A stretch of DNA of 64,000 nt, taken from Blasia pusilla. Its lineage: Eukaryota. Below the pieces are notes generated by a model. The model did not search any database. It was not told the origin of the DNA and saw only the letters and a list, made by a program, of their open reading frames with translations. The stretch covers positions 44,144,001-44,208,000 of the forward strand of contig CM114271.1 in the NCBI GenBank assembly GCA_050084515.1, written 5' to 3'. Positions 12,217-25,780 of this stretch are shown piece after piece. The position numbers and the translations under genes were made by a program. Positions within the stretch are counted from its first letter, which is position 1. Every line of letters begins with the position of its first letter.

Positions 12217-12993
12217 GTGGCTACATAATCAGCTGGGAGTGACGGCGAATCGAGGAGGAGAAGTGTGGGCGGGACAGGTTATGGAATACAGAGCCTGAAA
12301 TCCGTGGCTACATAATCAGCTGGGAGTGACGGCGAATCGAGGAAGAGAAGTGTGGGCGGGACAAGTTATGGAATCTGAGCTGAAATCCGTGGCTACATAA
12401 TCATCACGGGAGGAGTGGCGAATCGAGGAAGAGAAGTGTGGGCGGGACAAGTTATGGAATACAGAGCCTGAAGTCCGTGGCTACATAATCAGCTGGGAGT
12501 GACGGCGAATCGAGGAAGAGAAGTGTGGGCGGGACAGGTTATGGAATACAGAGCCTGAAATCCGTGGCTACATAATCAGCTGGGAGTGACGGCGAATCGA
12601 GGATGAGAAGTGTGGGCGGGACAGGTTATGGCATACAGAGCCTGAAATCCGTGGCTACATAATCAGCTGGGAGTGACGGCAAATCGAGGAAGAGAAGTAT
12701 GAGCGGGACAGGTTATGGAATACAGAGCCTGAAATTTGTGGCTACATAATCAGCTGGGAGTGACGGCGAATCGAGGATGCAAAGTGTGGGCGGAACAGGT
12801 TATGGAATACAGCGATGGAATACAGAGCCTGAAATCCGTGGCTACATAATCAGCTGGGAGTGACGGCGAATCGGGGAAGAGAAGTGTGGGCGGGATAGGT
12901 TATGGAATATAGAGCCTGAAATCCGTGGCTACATAATCAGCTGGGAGTGACGGCGAATCGAGGATGAGAAGTGTGGGCGGGACAGGCTATGGA
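12217..12993. repeat. 87-bp tandem repeat, about 9 units
   Basis: Unit gtggctacataatcagctgggagtgacggcgaatcgagg...gagcctgaaatcc starts at 12217, 12304, 12389, 12477, 12564, 12651, 12738, 12838 and 12925; degenerate unit near 13075-13150. Confidence 0.95.
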
Positions 12994-13396
12994 TTCGGCG
13001 AGTACGTCTCTCTTTCTCGAGCTCATTCTTGAGGTTTAGACGATGGTAGGCAAACCTGGACATGATTCAAGGGTGAGGTTATGGAATGTTGGAGAATGGA
13101 GCCTAAATCATAACATAATTGGCTGGAAGTGACGGCAAATCGAGGATGAGTTTCGGTGAATACGTCTCTCAGTTGGAATACCTTCCGACTAGAGTACTCC
13201 GGCGAGTACGTCTCTCGAGATTGGGCAGAGACGGAAGTTACTCTTCATCGCGTTTGTAGGTGAAGGAAACCATCTACTTCTATGTCGGGAAAGCTTGTCT
13301 CAATTGAACAAGCTCGATCCAAGTCGAGAGCCGCTATGTCTCAGTTGAACAAGCTGCATCTAAGTGCTCTCTGAGCGACCAAATTCTCAAGGACAT

Positions 13397-13544
<148 letters not shown>

Positions 13545-15681
13545 TGGATCTTAAAAAAAGTCAGTAGTAAAAGGCATGGTAGTTGGGGGAGAAAATCCGT
13601 GGCTACAGATCGCACAGTGAAAAGGCAGCCAAAAAGAACTTGTCATGTGCAATAGGGACGGAACTATAGTGAACGACAAAGAATGATAAAAAAAGTTACG
13701 ACAGTGAATATTCGAGCATACCTCAACGGCGGAAAGTATTCCAGATGCACCTCCGTGATTAAGACGATTCAAAGTTGCTGAGCTCTAATGAAGTTTGCCA
13801 CCACGTTTGCCTTCATTTGTGAACCACCAAATCGAGCGAATCATTCCAGAAAAATAGATACTCCATTCTCCAACACGAACATGCCTGCTTTGTATATTCG
13901 GGCAAACTTATAAACGGAAAGTATTCCAGATCAACCTCGGCGATAGAGATGATTTACATTCGGCTCCGTGTATTCAAGTTTGCCTCTGAACGCCACCGGG
14001 TCCGCCTTTCTGTCAGAGTCGCCAAAACGCGCCAAAACCATTCGTGAAATACACTCATAAAATCGGAACCCACCCTAATCGGAACCCGCCCTGCCTCTAA
14101 CATGAACGAGTAACATGCGTCTCAGCCCAAACATGAACGAGTAACTTGCGTCTCTACCCAATCTCCCTCGGAAGGTATTCCAACTAGGTTTCTCGAAAAA
14201 AAAACTGAAGGCACACGTCCTGGTGCCCTGAGTCTCCCTTAGGCTGCGGCGCCAAAACTCCGCTCACTCCCTGCTCGCCAATTGCAAAACTGAGGTGTCG
14301 ATCTCGAAATCGGAGAAGGTCATTAGTGGCTACTAGACGGTTGGATCTAAACGAACCCAAATCTACACCGTTCATCCTTTTGACCCAACTATTCGTCACA
14401 CAAAGAAGGTGAGGATCGACTTTGGAGACTTGGAGGGAGCTCATTGGTTGCTGCTAGGATCGAGCCTCCATGCAAAACTTGGAGCACACATAAACGACGA
14501 AGGTAGCCCAAACATGAACACATTCTTTCGCCGAACCGCTAAGGCCATTCGCATGCCCATATGCAATGGCATCGCGGCATATGGGTGGGATGGGTACATA
14601 GGTGATGGATGGGATGGGTACTTGGGTGCGGGCCGACCCGCCGCGGATATCCAACCCATAGGGCAGATATATAGTTGCTCGGCCGGAACTACTCTTCCGG
14701 CCTACTCGGGGAGAGGGTGAGAGCGGGTCAGGGGTGGGATGACGGGTGGGTAGGGGGCGTAGGGGGAGTTCCGGGGGTTCTGGAGGATCAGAGCCCCATA
14801 GCCATAAAGGCTCTGAGTTCTCGGTCTATCGAGAGCCGGCGTGGTTGGACAGGGAGCGTACAAATAGTCGCGTGGTTCATGCATAAGGTTGCAGGCAAGT
14901 TGAGAGTTTGAGGCGTAAAACATAGAGCCCGCCATAAGGTTACAAGCCGCGAGGTCTAATAAGGACCCAGGGAGAGCACGAGCTAGTCAATACATAGGGT
15001 GGCGTGTGAAGAAATACGTGGGAAGAGGGCTACGTGTAGAACGGGTGTCAAGTGAGAGCCACGCATAGACATGTAAGGGCAAGGAAGCCACATAGGGTGG
15101 CGAGCCGGGATTTTGGAGTGGTGACGGAGTCATGGAGCTCGGCGCACATAAGCCTGGACTTGGGAGAGAGGCGCGAGAAGCTGCCATGAAGAAGGAGTGT
15201 GTGGTTGTACGTAAGGGCTCCACATAGGGAGGTGAGTTAGAGCGATGTTGAAGGAGCGGGGAGGTAGGGACTCGGAAGCCGCACCTCGTTTGGAGGGCGG
15301 TACTAGCTACATGGTAGGGAAGTGGGGAGTGGTGATAGAGCTAGACGCGTGTAGAAGGAAGTGTGTGGGCCTAAGGGTCAAACGAAGTTCAGAAACCAAA
15401 AGTGGGGGAGCAGGATAGCCGAAGCGGGGGATAGACTAGGAGAAAGAGTAATAAGGCCCACGTGTCGTGCATAGGGTGATGTGCCATCCATGCTGGAGAA
15501 GCCATGGGTCAAGGAGCGAAGTGGCGAAAGGAGGTTGGGAGTTCGGGGCCCTAACAGAGAATGATTCACTTCGATAAAAATGTGTGATGGAAAACCCATC
15601 GGAAGTACAAAAGAGGGGGACTCAAAGAGTCAAAACCTGAAGGCCACAACAAGACCAGAAAAGGAAGAAAGGGATTTAAGG

Positions 15682-18600
15682 GATTTTCTTAACTATGGTT
15701 AGTTAATCACAGTTAGTCTAACTCGAGACTATGGTTAAAGGTAGGGTTAGGGTTGCTTGTACATACCCTATATAATTGAGAAGAGGATCATCCTCCACTC
15801 ATTCTCTCATTGCAAATTTCTTTCTCCATGGTGGTGTGTGTGTGTGAGAGCCGTTTTCCACCAATTATGCTTGTAAAGCAGTTTTCCACATAGTATCAGA
15901 GCGGGAGGAGAACATCACTTGAAATTCTTGGTGTTTGAAGAGAGAAGAGAGGCAAGAGAAGGAAAAATTTTGATTCGGGAGAAGGAAATTTTATTCAGAG
16001 CTCAGTGGATGCAGATTTCAGGTGGAGCTTTGACGGTGATAAAACTTTGGAGGCATTTTATAGGGTTTTTTCCGATCGATTCAGATGTCTGGGTCCACTT
16101 CGTCTAGAATGACGCTAAAATCTGGTTCAAAATTTCTTGTAGACCTTGTCGAGAGCTTTCCAACTCACCCAAAATTACTCGATTGTGACAACCTTAGCTC
16201 CTGCAACATCAATTTCAGTGTAGGAAAGTGCAATTAGTGAAGAAAAGTTGTGGAGTTTGCTCTCTACACTCCAATTTCAACTAGTTCTTTCATACAGTTG
16301 ATCAATTTTGTCAAAATTCAGGTCGATTTCTGTATGGGAATGATCTATGCTTCAATTGGAGCACTAGAAAGCCTGAAATTATGTTTTTGTGAGTGAAATC
16401 GTTTATCATGGAGTATTCCTCACCAGCAATCACAAGCGAGAAGCTAGACAAGCAAACTTACAATGTCTGGAAGTTTCACATGAAACAATTTCTCATGGGT
16501 CAAGAACTATGGGAGCTTGTCACAAGTGATGAGGCCAAGCTAGAAGGTGGCTCAACAGACTTGAATGTTCGCGCGTTTGTTCCAAGCGCGAACATTCAAG
16601 ATCCACTACATTTCAATAAAGATCAATTCGCCAATGATAGGTCACATCCAAGACGTCGATATTCCGAAGGAGGCCTGGGATGCATTGGAAAAGTTGTTCC
16701 AGACATCTACAAAGGCCATAAAGCTTCAATTGAAACAGCAATTGAACGAAGTGAGGAAATAATCGCAGACCATCAATGATTATATTTTGAATATCAGACA
16801 TATTGTTGAATAGCATTGGAATGATAGTAGAAGATGTTGATTTTATTTTATTCACTCTTGAAGGCCTTCCAAAGGATTACAAGTCCTTTGAGATCTCTAT
16901 CTCTGTGAGAGAGAAGTATCCAACCTTTCAAGAGTTAGTTCCTCTGTTGATCAGTGAAGAGATGCACCTAGTAGACAGCGGTAGCTCGTATAGTCTGCAA
17001 GAGAGTGCGCTATTTGCAGGTTATGGATCAAACACAGACAAGGATCGTGGCAGAAACTTTCGTGGTCATTATGGATATCAAGCATATGGAGGAAGAGGCA
17101 CTCATTATAATGTCACTCAATCAACTACGAACCAGTACCAGACACAATCACAAGATGGTGATGATGGAAGCCGTTGGGGTCGAGGTCAGCAACAGAGGGT
17201 CCATGGATCTTGCAATTACTGTGGGATAAAGGGTTTCTATGCAAAGTTTTGCTTCAAGAAGAAGGCAGATATGAGAACAAGAGCCTTACAGCAACAAAAC
17301 TGTGTGGAGCAGCAACACCAAGAGTAGTACCAAGAACAACAACATTCACAAACGGAGCATCTCTTGGTCATGACTCATCATGTGAGAGCAATGGTCAAGA
17401 AAGACTCGACAGCAGATTGGTACATTGACTTTGGTGCATCAAATCACATGAGCTCACAAGTGAAATGGTTCAGTAGTTTGGAGCCGGTGAAAGATCCTGC
17501 AATTGTGCTCACAGGAGATTATACTCAACATCATATCACGCATATCGGTAAAGTTCCAATAGCATCAAATGGTCTTTGTGCTTTTGGAAATATTCTCTAT
17601 GTTCCTACCATTGCAAGAAATCTGATTTCTGTAGGACAGATAGTAGAACAAGGTTATCAAGTGAAGTTTAACGCAGATGGTTGTTTCATCGAAACAATGG
17701 ATGACCGGACTACGATAGCCAAAGCAACTAGATCTGGAAGAATGTTCAAATTAGATGCTTCTATACCAGAGATTCAAACAACAATGTATGGTCAAACCGG
17801 CCAACAAGTCATAGATGTGTGGCATAAAAGAATTAGACATATGAATCTTCAAAGATTACAGAGTCTTTCATCATCTAATATAGTAATAGGACTCCCTAAA
17901 TTAGCGAGTCCTGCTACGTTAGAGGTATGTCTTGCTTGCCAATTTGGAAAACAAGCTAGATTTCCTTTCCCAAAGCAAGGTAGAAGAACATCCAAGATAT
18001 AGGAGTTGATCCACAATGATGTGTGGACAACATCACAACATAGCCTTGGTGGTTGCCAGTACTTTGTTTCATTTATTGATGACTTCTCTATGTATATATG
18101 GGTATACATTCTGAGTCAGAGGTATTCTCAGTGTTTCAAACGTTCAGAGTTCTAGTAGAGAAGCAGACTGGACAACACATTTTCAAATTACGTTGTGATG
18201 GAGGAGGAGAGTATCTTTCTAGAGAGTTTGATGACTATTTATGTCAGAATGGCATCCAACGTTAAGTGACTTACCGTTACATTCCACAACAAAATGGAGT
18301 GGTTGAGAGGAAGAATCGATATATTTCTGAAGCGGCACGAGCTATGCTGAATGAGATGAACATGCCTAAGGTGTATTGGGCAGAGGCTGTAGCATTTGGA
18401 GTCTTCTTAATCAACCGAACTCCAACAGCAGCAGTTCATATAAACTCCATTCAAAGTCTTCACAGGAAGTAAACATGATTTTTCCTTCTTGAAAGTATTT
18501 GGCTGTATTTGTTATGCTCATGTTCCTTTTGAGAGACGTCAGAAATTAGACCCCAAGTCTGAAAGATGTATCTTCATTGGCTATGCTACTGGAACTAAGG

Positions 18601-20878
18601 GGTATAAGTGCTACATTCCATCCTCTAGGCAAGTTATTATTAGTCGAGATGTTTTCTTTTATGAGCTAAAGTCATGGTATGCTCCATCTGAGCCTATTCC
18701 ACCTCTAAACTTGTCTGTTGAGGGGGGAGAATATGACTATAAACCAACATATATTGTCTTCAACTTCCCCAAGTACTAGTGTAGGATTAGGAGAGGTCCT
18801 AGATTCATCAGTTAAATCTGTGAGTCCATGGACAGGAAGAGTACATATTCACTCTGTTGACACTAGTCAGAGCTCGAGTCAAGTGTAAGAGGCATCTACC
18901 TCTGAACAACAACCTTGTAGATCAAGTAGAGTTACACATCCAGTTCATAGATTCATAAATGAAGGTTTCCTTGCGACACATCATGCATATATGATGACTA
19001 CCCTTCAAGAGCAAGAGCCGAGTTATTTTGAAGAAGGTGCGAGTAAAGCCGAATGGATTGAAGCTATGGAGGAAGAGCTTGCTGCATTAAGACATCCAAA
19101 AAAATAGGAGTTGGTTGATATACCTTCCGGTAAGGAAGCTATTGGTTGCAAATGGGTTTACAAAATCAAGCACAATCAAGATGGTACAATTAACACATAA
19201 AAAGCGAGACTGGTAGCTAAGCGCTATGCACAACAACATGATATCGATTATGAGGAAATGTTTAGCCATGTTGCAAAGATGGCGACTACAAGAATAGTGG
19301 TTGCAGTTGCAGTAAGTAAGAAGTGGAGATTACATCACATGAACGTCAAAAATGCCTTCTTGAATGGAAATCTATACGAGGAGGTATATATGACTCAACC
19401 ACCTGGATACGAGCATCCCAAGTTTCCATATCGCGTATGCAGGTTCAAGAAAGCTCTATACGTGCTCAAACAAGCTCCAAGAGCTTGGTATGGCAAGATT
19501 ACATACGTCCTACGAGAGTTGGGTTTTAGGGTATGTGATTCTGACTCCTTGTTATATGTCTTGAGAGGACAAGGTCATACAGTTCTCATTGTGTTGTATG
19601 TTGACGATCTCTTGATTAGTGGGAGTACTGAAGAAATGGTATAACAAGTCAAGCTTAAGTTACAAGCAAAATTTGATATGAAGGACTTGGAAGAACTCAA
19701 GTACTTCCTTGGTATTGAGTTTATCAAGGTTGGAGAGAGCATGTGGTTACTACAACGACAATATGCTCTTCATATGCTTTCAAAATATGGTATGAAGGCT
19801 TGTAAGCCAATCTCTACACCGTTGGACCAGAGCGTGAAGCTAAGAGTGGATGAAGGAGAGCTACTTGCATATTCTAATATATATATATATATGTGCATGG
19901 CTGGAAGTTTGATGTATCTAACTATAACCAGACCAGATTTGAGCTATATTGTGGGCCTAGTGAGCCAGTTTATGCAAGGACCTCGAAAACCTCACCTTGA
20001 TGCTGTGAGGAGGATTATGCGGTATGTGAAATTCTCTTATTCAATTCGGGCTTCAATTTGAACCTTCTCCGAGTTTTCAATTACAGGGATTCACAGATGT
20101 TGATTGGGTAGGAAGCGTGTCTGATCGACACTCCATATCTGGTTATTCATTTACTTTGGGAAGCGCAACTATAAGTTGGGCTTCAAAGAAGCAACCTACT
20201 GTTGCTCTATCTTCAACAGAGGCTGTGTACAGAGGAGCAACCAATGCAGCATGTGAGGCAGTGTGGCTTCATCGATTACTTGTTGAGATTGGTGTTAGTA
20301 ACTTACGACCTAGTGTAATATATGCAGACAATATTAGTAGCATCAAGATTGCTAATAACCCTATGTTTCATGCTCGTACAAAGCATATTGAGGTGCACTA
20401 TCATTTTATCATAGAGAAAGTGCTTGCAAGAGAAATTGATCTTGTATATATAGGTATAGATCAACAAATTGCTGACATCTTTACAAAGGCATTGTCTAGA
20501 AATAAGTTTGAGATGTTTAGAAAGGATTTAGGCGTTAGAGATATCGATATGAGCTTGAGGGAGGAGTATTGAAGATTGAGTTACAGTCAAGCTCATGAGA
20601 CACCTGAACTGCTACACTTGGTACTCACACGGAGTAGGGAAGCTTAATCTTGGTTAGTCAGTTAAGCACGATTATCTTAACTAGGGTTAGTTAATCACAG
20701 TTAGTCTAACTCGAGACTATGGTTAAGGGTAGGGTTAGGGTTGCTTGTACATACCCTATATAATTGAGAAGAGGACCAGCCTCCACTCATTCTCTGATTG
20801 CAAATTTTGTTCTCGATGGTGGTGTGTGTGAGAGAGAGTTGTTTTCCACCAGTTATTCTTATTTAGCAGTTTTCCACA
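15682..20878 (+). mobile_element. Ty1/Copia LTR retrotransposon, decayed; 5' LTR truncated
   Basis: 5' LTR remnant 15682-15890 matches the distal ~210 bp of the 3' LTR 20567-20878 (both end gttttccaca). PBS tagtatcagagc (tRNA-iMet type, TGG>TAG) at 15891-15902; PPT ttgagggaggag just before 20567. Confidence 0.95.
16408..20572 (+). pseudogene. Copia gag-pol polyprotein with multiple stops and frameshifts
   Basis: gag (YNVWKF, CNYCGIKGF), protease (WYIDFGASNHM), GAG-pre-integrase (WHKRIRH..CLAC), integrase (PQQNGVVERKNR), RT (LKQAPRAW, LYVDDLL), RNase H (RTKHIEVHYHFI), in Copia order IN-RT-RH. Confidence 0.95.
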
Positions 20879-21689
20879 GCTACAAGGTTGGAGTCATTTG
20901 ATCGAGGTTGGGTAGAGTACGTGGTAAGAGCCACGATATGGTTTTAGGAGAGTTATATGGTTAGGATTGAGAGGTATAATCCGTGTCGAGAGTTGATGAT
21001 GGAGTTTCAGTGCGCATGATGCCAACGGGTTGTCCGCGTATGTTGATGGGAAGACCGATTTGTTGTACGAAGAGTTGGTTGTGCTGCCGAGGTTCCCGAG
21101 CCACATGGAGGAGTGAGTGTTGATGGAGCAATTGATTGGCGGGAGTATTCAGGTTACCCATTCGAGTTCCTTTTCCCGCACTTGTCTCATGTTAGTTAGA
21201 GTGATGGGTTGGGTAGTCGCAAGTGCTAAATGGGTTCAATTATGGTGATGAGTGTAGACTTCTTTCATGTTTAGCATGTTTGTATGGCGGTTACCCAGTA
21301 GGGGTTGAGTGTATGACTTGAGCGTATGTTGGTGATTATTAGGTGAGATAGTCGAGAGGCTCAAGGTGAGCCTGAGTGTTGAGTGTGCGGGAGGCCGAGT
21401 GTGTCATCACGAGGTTACAATTAGCATAGGTGAGCTAGTGAGGAGTGCGGGAGATTCTTGGTGAGTCTGAGTGTTTGAGCGGGTGAGACAGGATGATCAT
21501 CAAGGCGTTCTTCTAGGGTTGGGAAGAAGGGGGTAGTTCGAGTATTAGTGGTGGTGTGACAGGGAGTGGAGTGAGATATTGAGGGGTTACGAGCAAGGAA
21601 CCACCTCAACTTCCATCTATAGCTAGATCGTCATCACTAAACAACGGGTTTGGTGACGAGATCGCAGACAGAGGCAATGTCACTTGGCA

Positions 21690-24390
21690 GGAGATGGACG
21701 ACATGTACATGAGCCATTGGGGTATACGTCATTTCTCAGGTGCAGTGGGTACCATCGACCTAGATGACTTCATCCAAGAGTTGACACATGGTACAACTTC
21801 CAGGAGATACAGACCGCGACACGGTTCAACCCTTTCATGGCATAGAAGGGGTTGTTCCAGCACTTGGAGGGTCCTCTGATGGATGATTACATGGATTTTT
21901 GATCGTTGTACTCAATAGAGATCAGTGCCTGGAGGATGTATAGGGCTCCATGGTATATATCCACTAGTGGTTGCGAGGCATATGATGGGATCGTGAGAGG
22001 AGCGAGACCCACACCATCAGGCCGGAGACTAGATTGAGAGGAGAGCAGTGATACATGCAACCTAGGAGAGACCTCTGGCGGTAGAGGGCCACCCAGCTTT
22101 AGTCCCCCAATGGAGTTCTTCCGACAATTGGGGAAGAGCTATCAGGGCGTACGCACCGACAAGCTGAAGAGTCTATAGGATTTTTAGCGATGATCGGGTG
22201 AGAGTCTAAGAGAGGCATTCACACGCATGCAGAGATTGATCATTGCGACATATGGGGTGATTAAGGCGCAGTCAGTGCATATTGGTTAAGGGTGTTGGAC
22301 AAGGAATTACGGAGGAGAGTTTGGGATGCAATGTTGCTTCACACAGCAAAGCCCACATTGAAGGTGGTCTTCGAGTTGTCTGAGCGAGTAGAGCTCGACA
22401 TGAGTGAGGAGCATGTAGTGACCATGGGATTTTTGTGGGATTCGAAGGGTCGACGAGTAGGAGTAGACCCACAAGTGCCCCAACATGCACCGGTACCACA
22501 GGAGTGGGCCGGTGAGCCTAAAGAGCAGGCCGGGTATCGTGAGCCGATGAGGCAACGGCCCGTACCAACATATGTACCCCAACAAGGACCAGGGTTGGCT
22601 TGTTTGATGTGTGGTGGGCCACATAGGCAGAGGGACTTCCCATATCATGGGAGAGGGCCACGCACATCTCCGATTGCTCAAGAGCCATAGAGGATGCCCC
22701 CACCACAGTTGCAGTGTGATCATTGTCATCGATATGGTTACACTAGGGATAGGTGTTTTGATCTTCATCGAGCGACACGTCCAAAGATAGGCAGAGGGCA
22801 TGGCGGTGAGAGAGTTGGTGGTGGCAAGGAGTTGATGATCGTGGTGGTAGAGTACTATCATCAATCACTGGAGATGGAGGACTTGTACCCAATGCAGCGC
22901 TCCTCACTCGCATCAATCAATTAGAGCAGAGGATTGTTGCCATGACGATGATGCAGCTAGTGATAGGCATAGAGCCGAGAGTATCTAGTGTGGCTCCAGC
23001 CTCCATGTCGTATCAGGATACATGGGAGGACTATATGGGATTAAGGTTTATGTATAGTGCGGCTCAAGTTGAGGTTGTTGCGGTGGTGACTCAGGTTATT
23101 GCAAGAGTAATCGAGCCATCGAGAGGTGGGGTGGAGATTGACCCACATGAGGGAACCGATGGGCGGCAGGCCAGGGTTCCCCAGTCGGTCACATTGTCGG
23201 AGGCACTACATACACCGTCGATGGTGTCTCGACGACCGATACTACCCACATGTGGGACAGGTACGTCAATGTCATGAGGAGTTGGAGAGACGACTCCTAT
23301 GCCATCTCGGGTGGAGCCAGTGCCGACCATGTTGTTGGAGGTGGCCACTAGGGTGAGCCACGCTCCGTTGTTTTCTGCCATGGAGTTGGCGACTTTGGGA
23401 GTTAGACCAGCGGAGGTGTTCCGGCTGGCCGCCACGTTATGTGAGCGTGGAGAGGTGACCACCTCTCATTCAAAGGTAGTTGAGGATGTGATGGACTTGT
23501 CCTCAGAGCAGGAGCTCGTGACGTTCCCCACTAAGTCATGGCATGTGACAGCGGCAAAGTTGGTAGATATGCCAGCTAGGCCAGCGATAGAGCGAGCCAT
23601 GATCACACTAGGTGTGGTGTTGTTGGATAACCGAGCAGGAGTGTTTTGCTTGGCTAGTCCCACAGATACGGTGTACCACCAGCAACACGTCCTACTTGGT
23701 TCAGGAGCGCAACCCTTGATGTTAGGGAAGGCGGAATTTTTGGCGTTGGGGTTACAAAAAGGCGACATTGAGCTTTTTCCCTTTTAGATACAGATCTCTA
23801 TTGGGGACGTATCACCCACGCAGTACATGATTCGACAAGAGTTGGTACTTAGATTCAAGCCAGAGCATGAGACGGATAGTGCGATGGTGCACACTCGGGC
23901 GATTACGACACCGGCGGAGTCGTATGATGTGTTGGTAGGGAGTACGGTGTTATATCCCCTTGGGTTCATTTTGGATTTTTGGGAAGAGACGGTTTCTTCT
24001 CGGCCAGTGTGGCGATCAGGTGATAGACGGGTGAGCCATCTACCAGTGTTGTTTGCAGGGAGTGGTGGTGATCAACCACGTGAGGATACGGTGACCACGT
24101 TGGCAGCATTCACAAGTGGTGTTCGATGATCAGAGGGTTTGGGGAGAGGGGCACACATACAGAAGACATTCCCGTAGCGGATAGTCCCACTTAGAGACAT
24201 GTCAGGGTGGGTGTCTCTTCCCATGGTGTAGAGCTTCTTTATTGTTGTTGGAGATGATTGTTGAGATGCGTGGAGTGCAAATGAGCTCGTGAGGCAGGCG
24301 TGGAGCCGTGCCTATGTTTGAAGCAAGGTACGAGAGTTTTAAATCTCTTCAAAGGGATCAACACGATGGGTTGCTGCAGTATGGCAGTGT
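21690..24390 (+). pseudogene. Gypsy gag (two zinc knuckles) + protease, truncated at methyltransferase motif I
   Basis: CLMCGGPHRQRDF and CDHCHRYGYTRDRC knuckles; VLLGSGAQPLMLG protease site; YDVLVGSTVLYPLGF; RVLNLFKG at about 24331-24356. Confidence 0.85.
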
Positions 24391-24462
24391 TGCGGGGACG
24401 ACGGCACTAATGGTGCCAGATGTATATAGGATGGTAGATCATGTTAGGTACATAGGTGTTTA

Positions 24463-25210
24463 CTATCTGGAGTTAGGGGGACCCAACTGCCAGCTAGGGT
24501 TGCGGTTGTGGGGTCTCAATGTATATGTGTGTATTTTTTGGTTTATGGATGGATCGACCCGTGTGTTGGGAGCAGCGATGTGTATGCGCATAACAGTTGT
24601 CACATCTTAGTAGCCGATAGGTAGAGATCTATCGTGGCGACGGCATAGAGAGCCAGCGGATTGTTTCGAGTGTAACTTCATCCCGAGGTGTCGGATGAGG
24701 TTGAGGATAGGTCCGTTGTGTCATGAACGTTGTTTCGGAAAACTTTCCTATTGAGGTCTTTCACAGCCGGGTGACTTGTTCACCACGTCACCTAGATCTA
24801 GTAACCTCTGCGTGAAGGTTACCAGAGGGGGTTGCTATTTTTAGGGGAAGAGCCTTTTGGCTCTTCCCATACCTATATAACGCAGGAAGATGGCTTTCTC
24901 AAGCCAACTTTCTCATGTTGGGCCGTTGGAGCACCTCTCTTGTTCGTGTGTGGGATAGGACTAGGGTGCTAGCGTCTGGATTCCTTGGTAGCGTAGGGTG
25001 GACGAGGCTCGACATGCGAATGTAGACTGAGGAGTAGAGTTTTAGGCCGGGTGTGCCATTTTTACTACTCTTATTTTTGTTGTGGGATCTTGATGTGTAT
25101 GTGTGTGTTGTTTGGTTTATGGATGGATCGACCCGTGTGTTGGGAAGATCGATGTTGTGTGATGTGTAGATGTGACCAGCGATGTGAGTTGTGTAACGAT
25201 GTGTATGTTG
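24463..25210 (+). repeat. 3' terminus: PPT block + B1 (~24505-24595) + gt + A2 (24598-25078) + B2 (~25079-25210, end eroded)
   Basis: ggtttatggatggatcgacccgtgtgttggga occurs in both B copies; junction gcgcataaca-gt-tgtcacatc; A2 aligns to 49101-49580. Confidence 0.85.
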
Positions 25211-25706
25211 TAAACCCTATAGATTTTGGTTTTATATACCAAAGACCCATCCTAGAATATGAGGAAGCCTTTGCCCTATTCAAAAAGTGTAAACATAAGA
25301 GAGTATGAAGACTAGAGGTTAGAAATCATTTCACATAGCACAAGCATTTTAGAAAGGCACATAGCTAAGTCAAAAGAATCATCCCCGGTAAAGAAAGCTA
25401 ATTAAGATAAGTAGACACCACAATTAGAAGGTATGGAAGAAGAGGAGAAAAACGAAAGTGTGAAGAAAGGAAAGCAAGGAAGAGACGAGGCTTGAGGAGT
25501 GGCATGCAAGGGTGGATAAATAGTGAGGGCTCGCACACCTTTATGGTAATTGGGCTTAACATCGTGACTGAATTTAGTTTTTCAGTTTTTTTAGTTGGGA
25601 AAATTCCTTGTGACTAACTATTAGTTTTAGGTGGTTTCAGTTGGCTGCTTTTTCGGTTTAGACTGAGCCAATTCGGTTCGAACTGAATTAGATGGGAGGA
25701 GCCAAT

Positions 25707-25780
25707 TTCTTGGCAATTGAGGAGTAAGTGCTTGTCTGTTACGACATGATGACAAGCACTTACTCCTCAATTGCCAAGAA
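25707..25780. other. Perfect 30-bp inverted repeat with 14-nt loop
   Basis: ttcttggcaattgaggagtaagtgcttgtc (25707-25736) and gacaagcacttactcctcaattgccaagaa (25751-25780) are exact reverse complements. Confidence 0.95.

Larger units (their letters stand above)
14700..25210 (+). mobile_element. Gypsy-DNMT family copy (5' A repeat not visible; most of the DNMT and all of RT/RH/IN deleted), interrupted by a Copia element
   Basis: 20880-24390 is collinear with about 50550-53850; ends in PPT-B-A-B. The left boundary is approximate (purine-rich leader resembling 49600-50550). Confidence 0.7.

Noticed and set aside
12217-12993. CRISPR array
   Set aside because: Whole 87-bp units repeat with no unique spacers; no cas genes; eukaryotic context.
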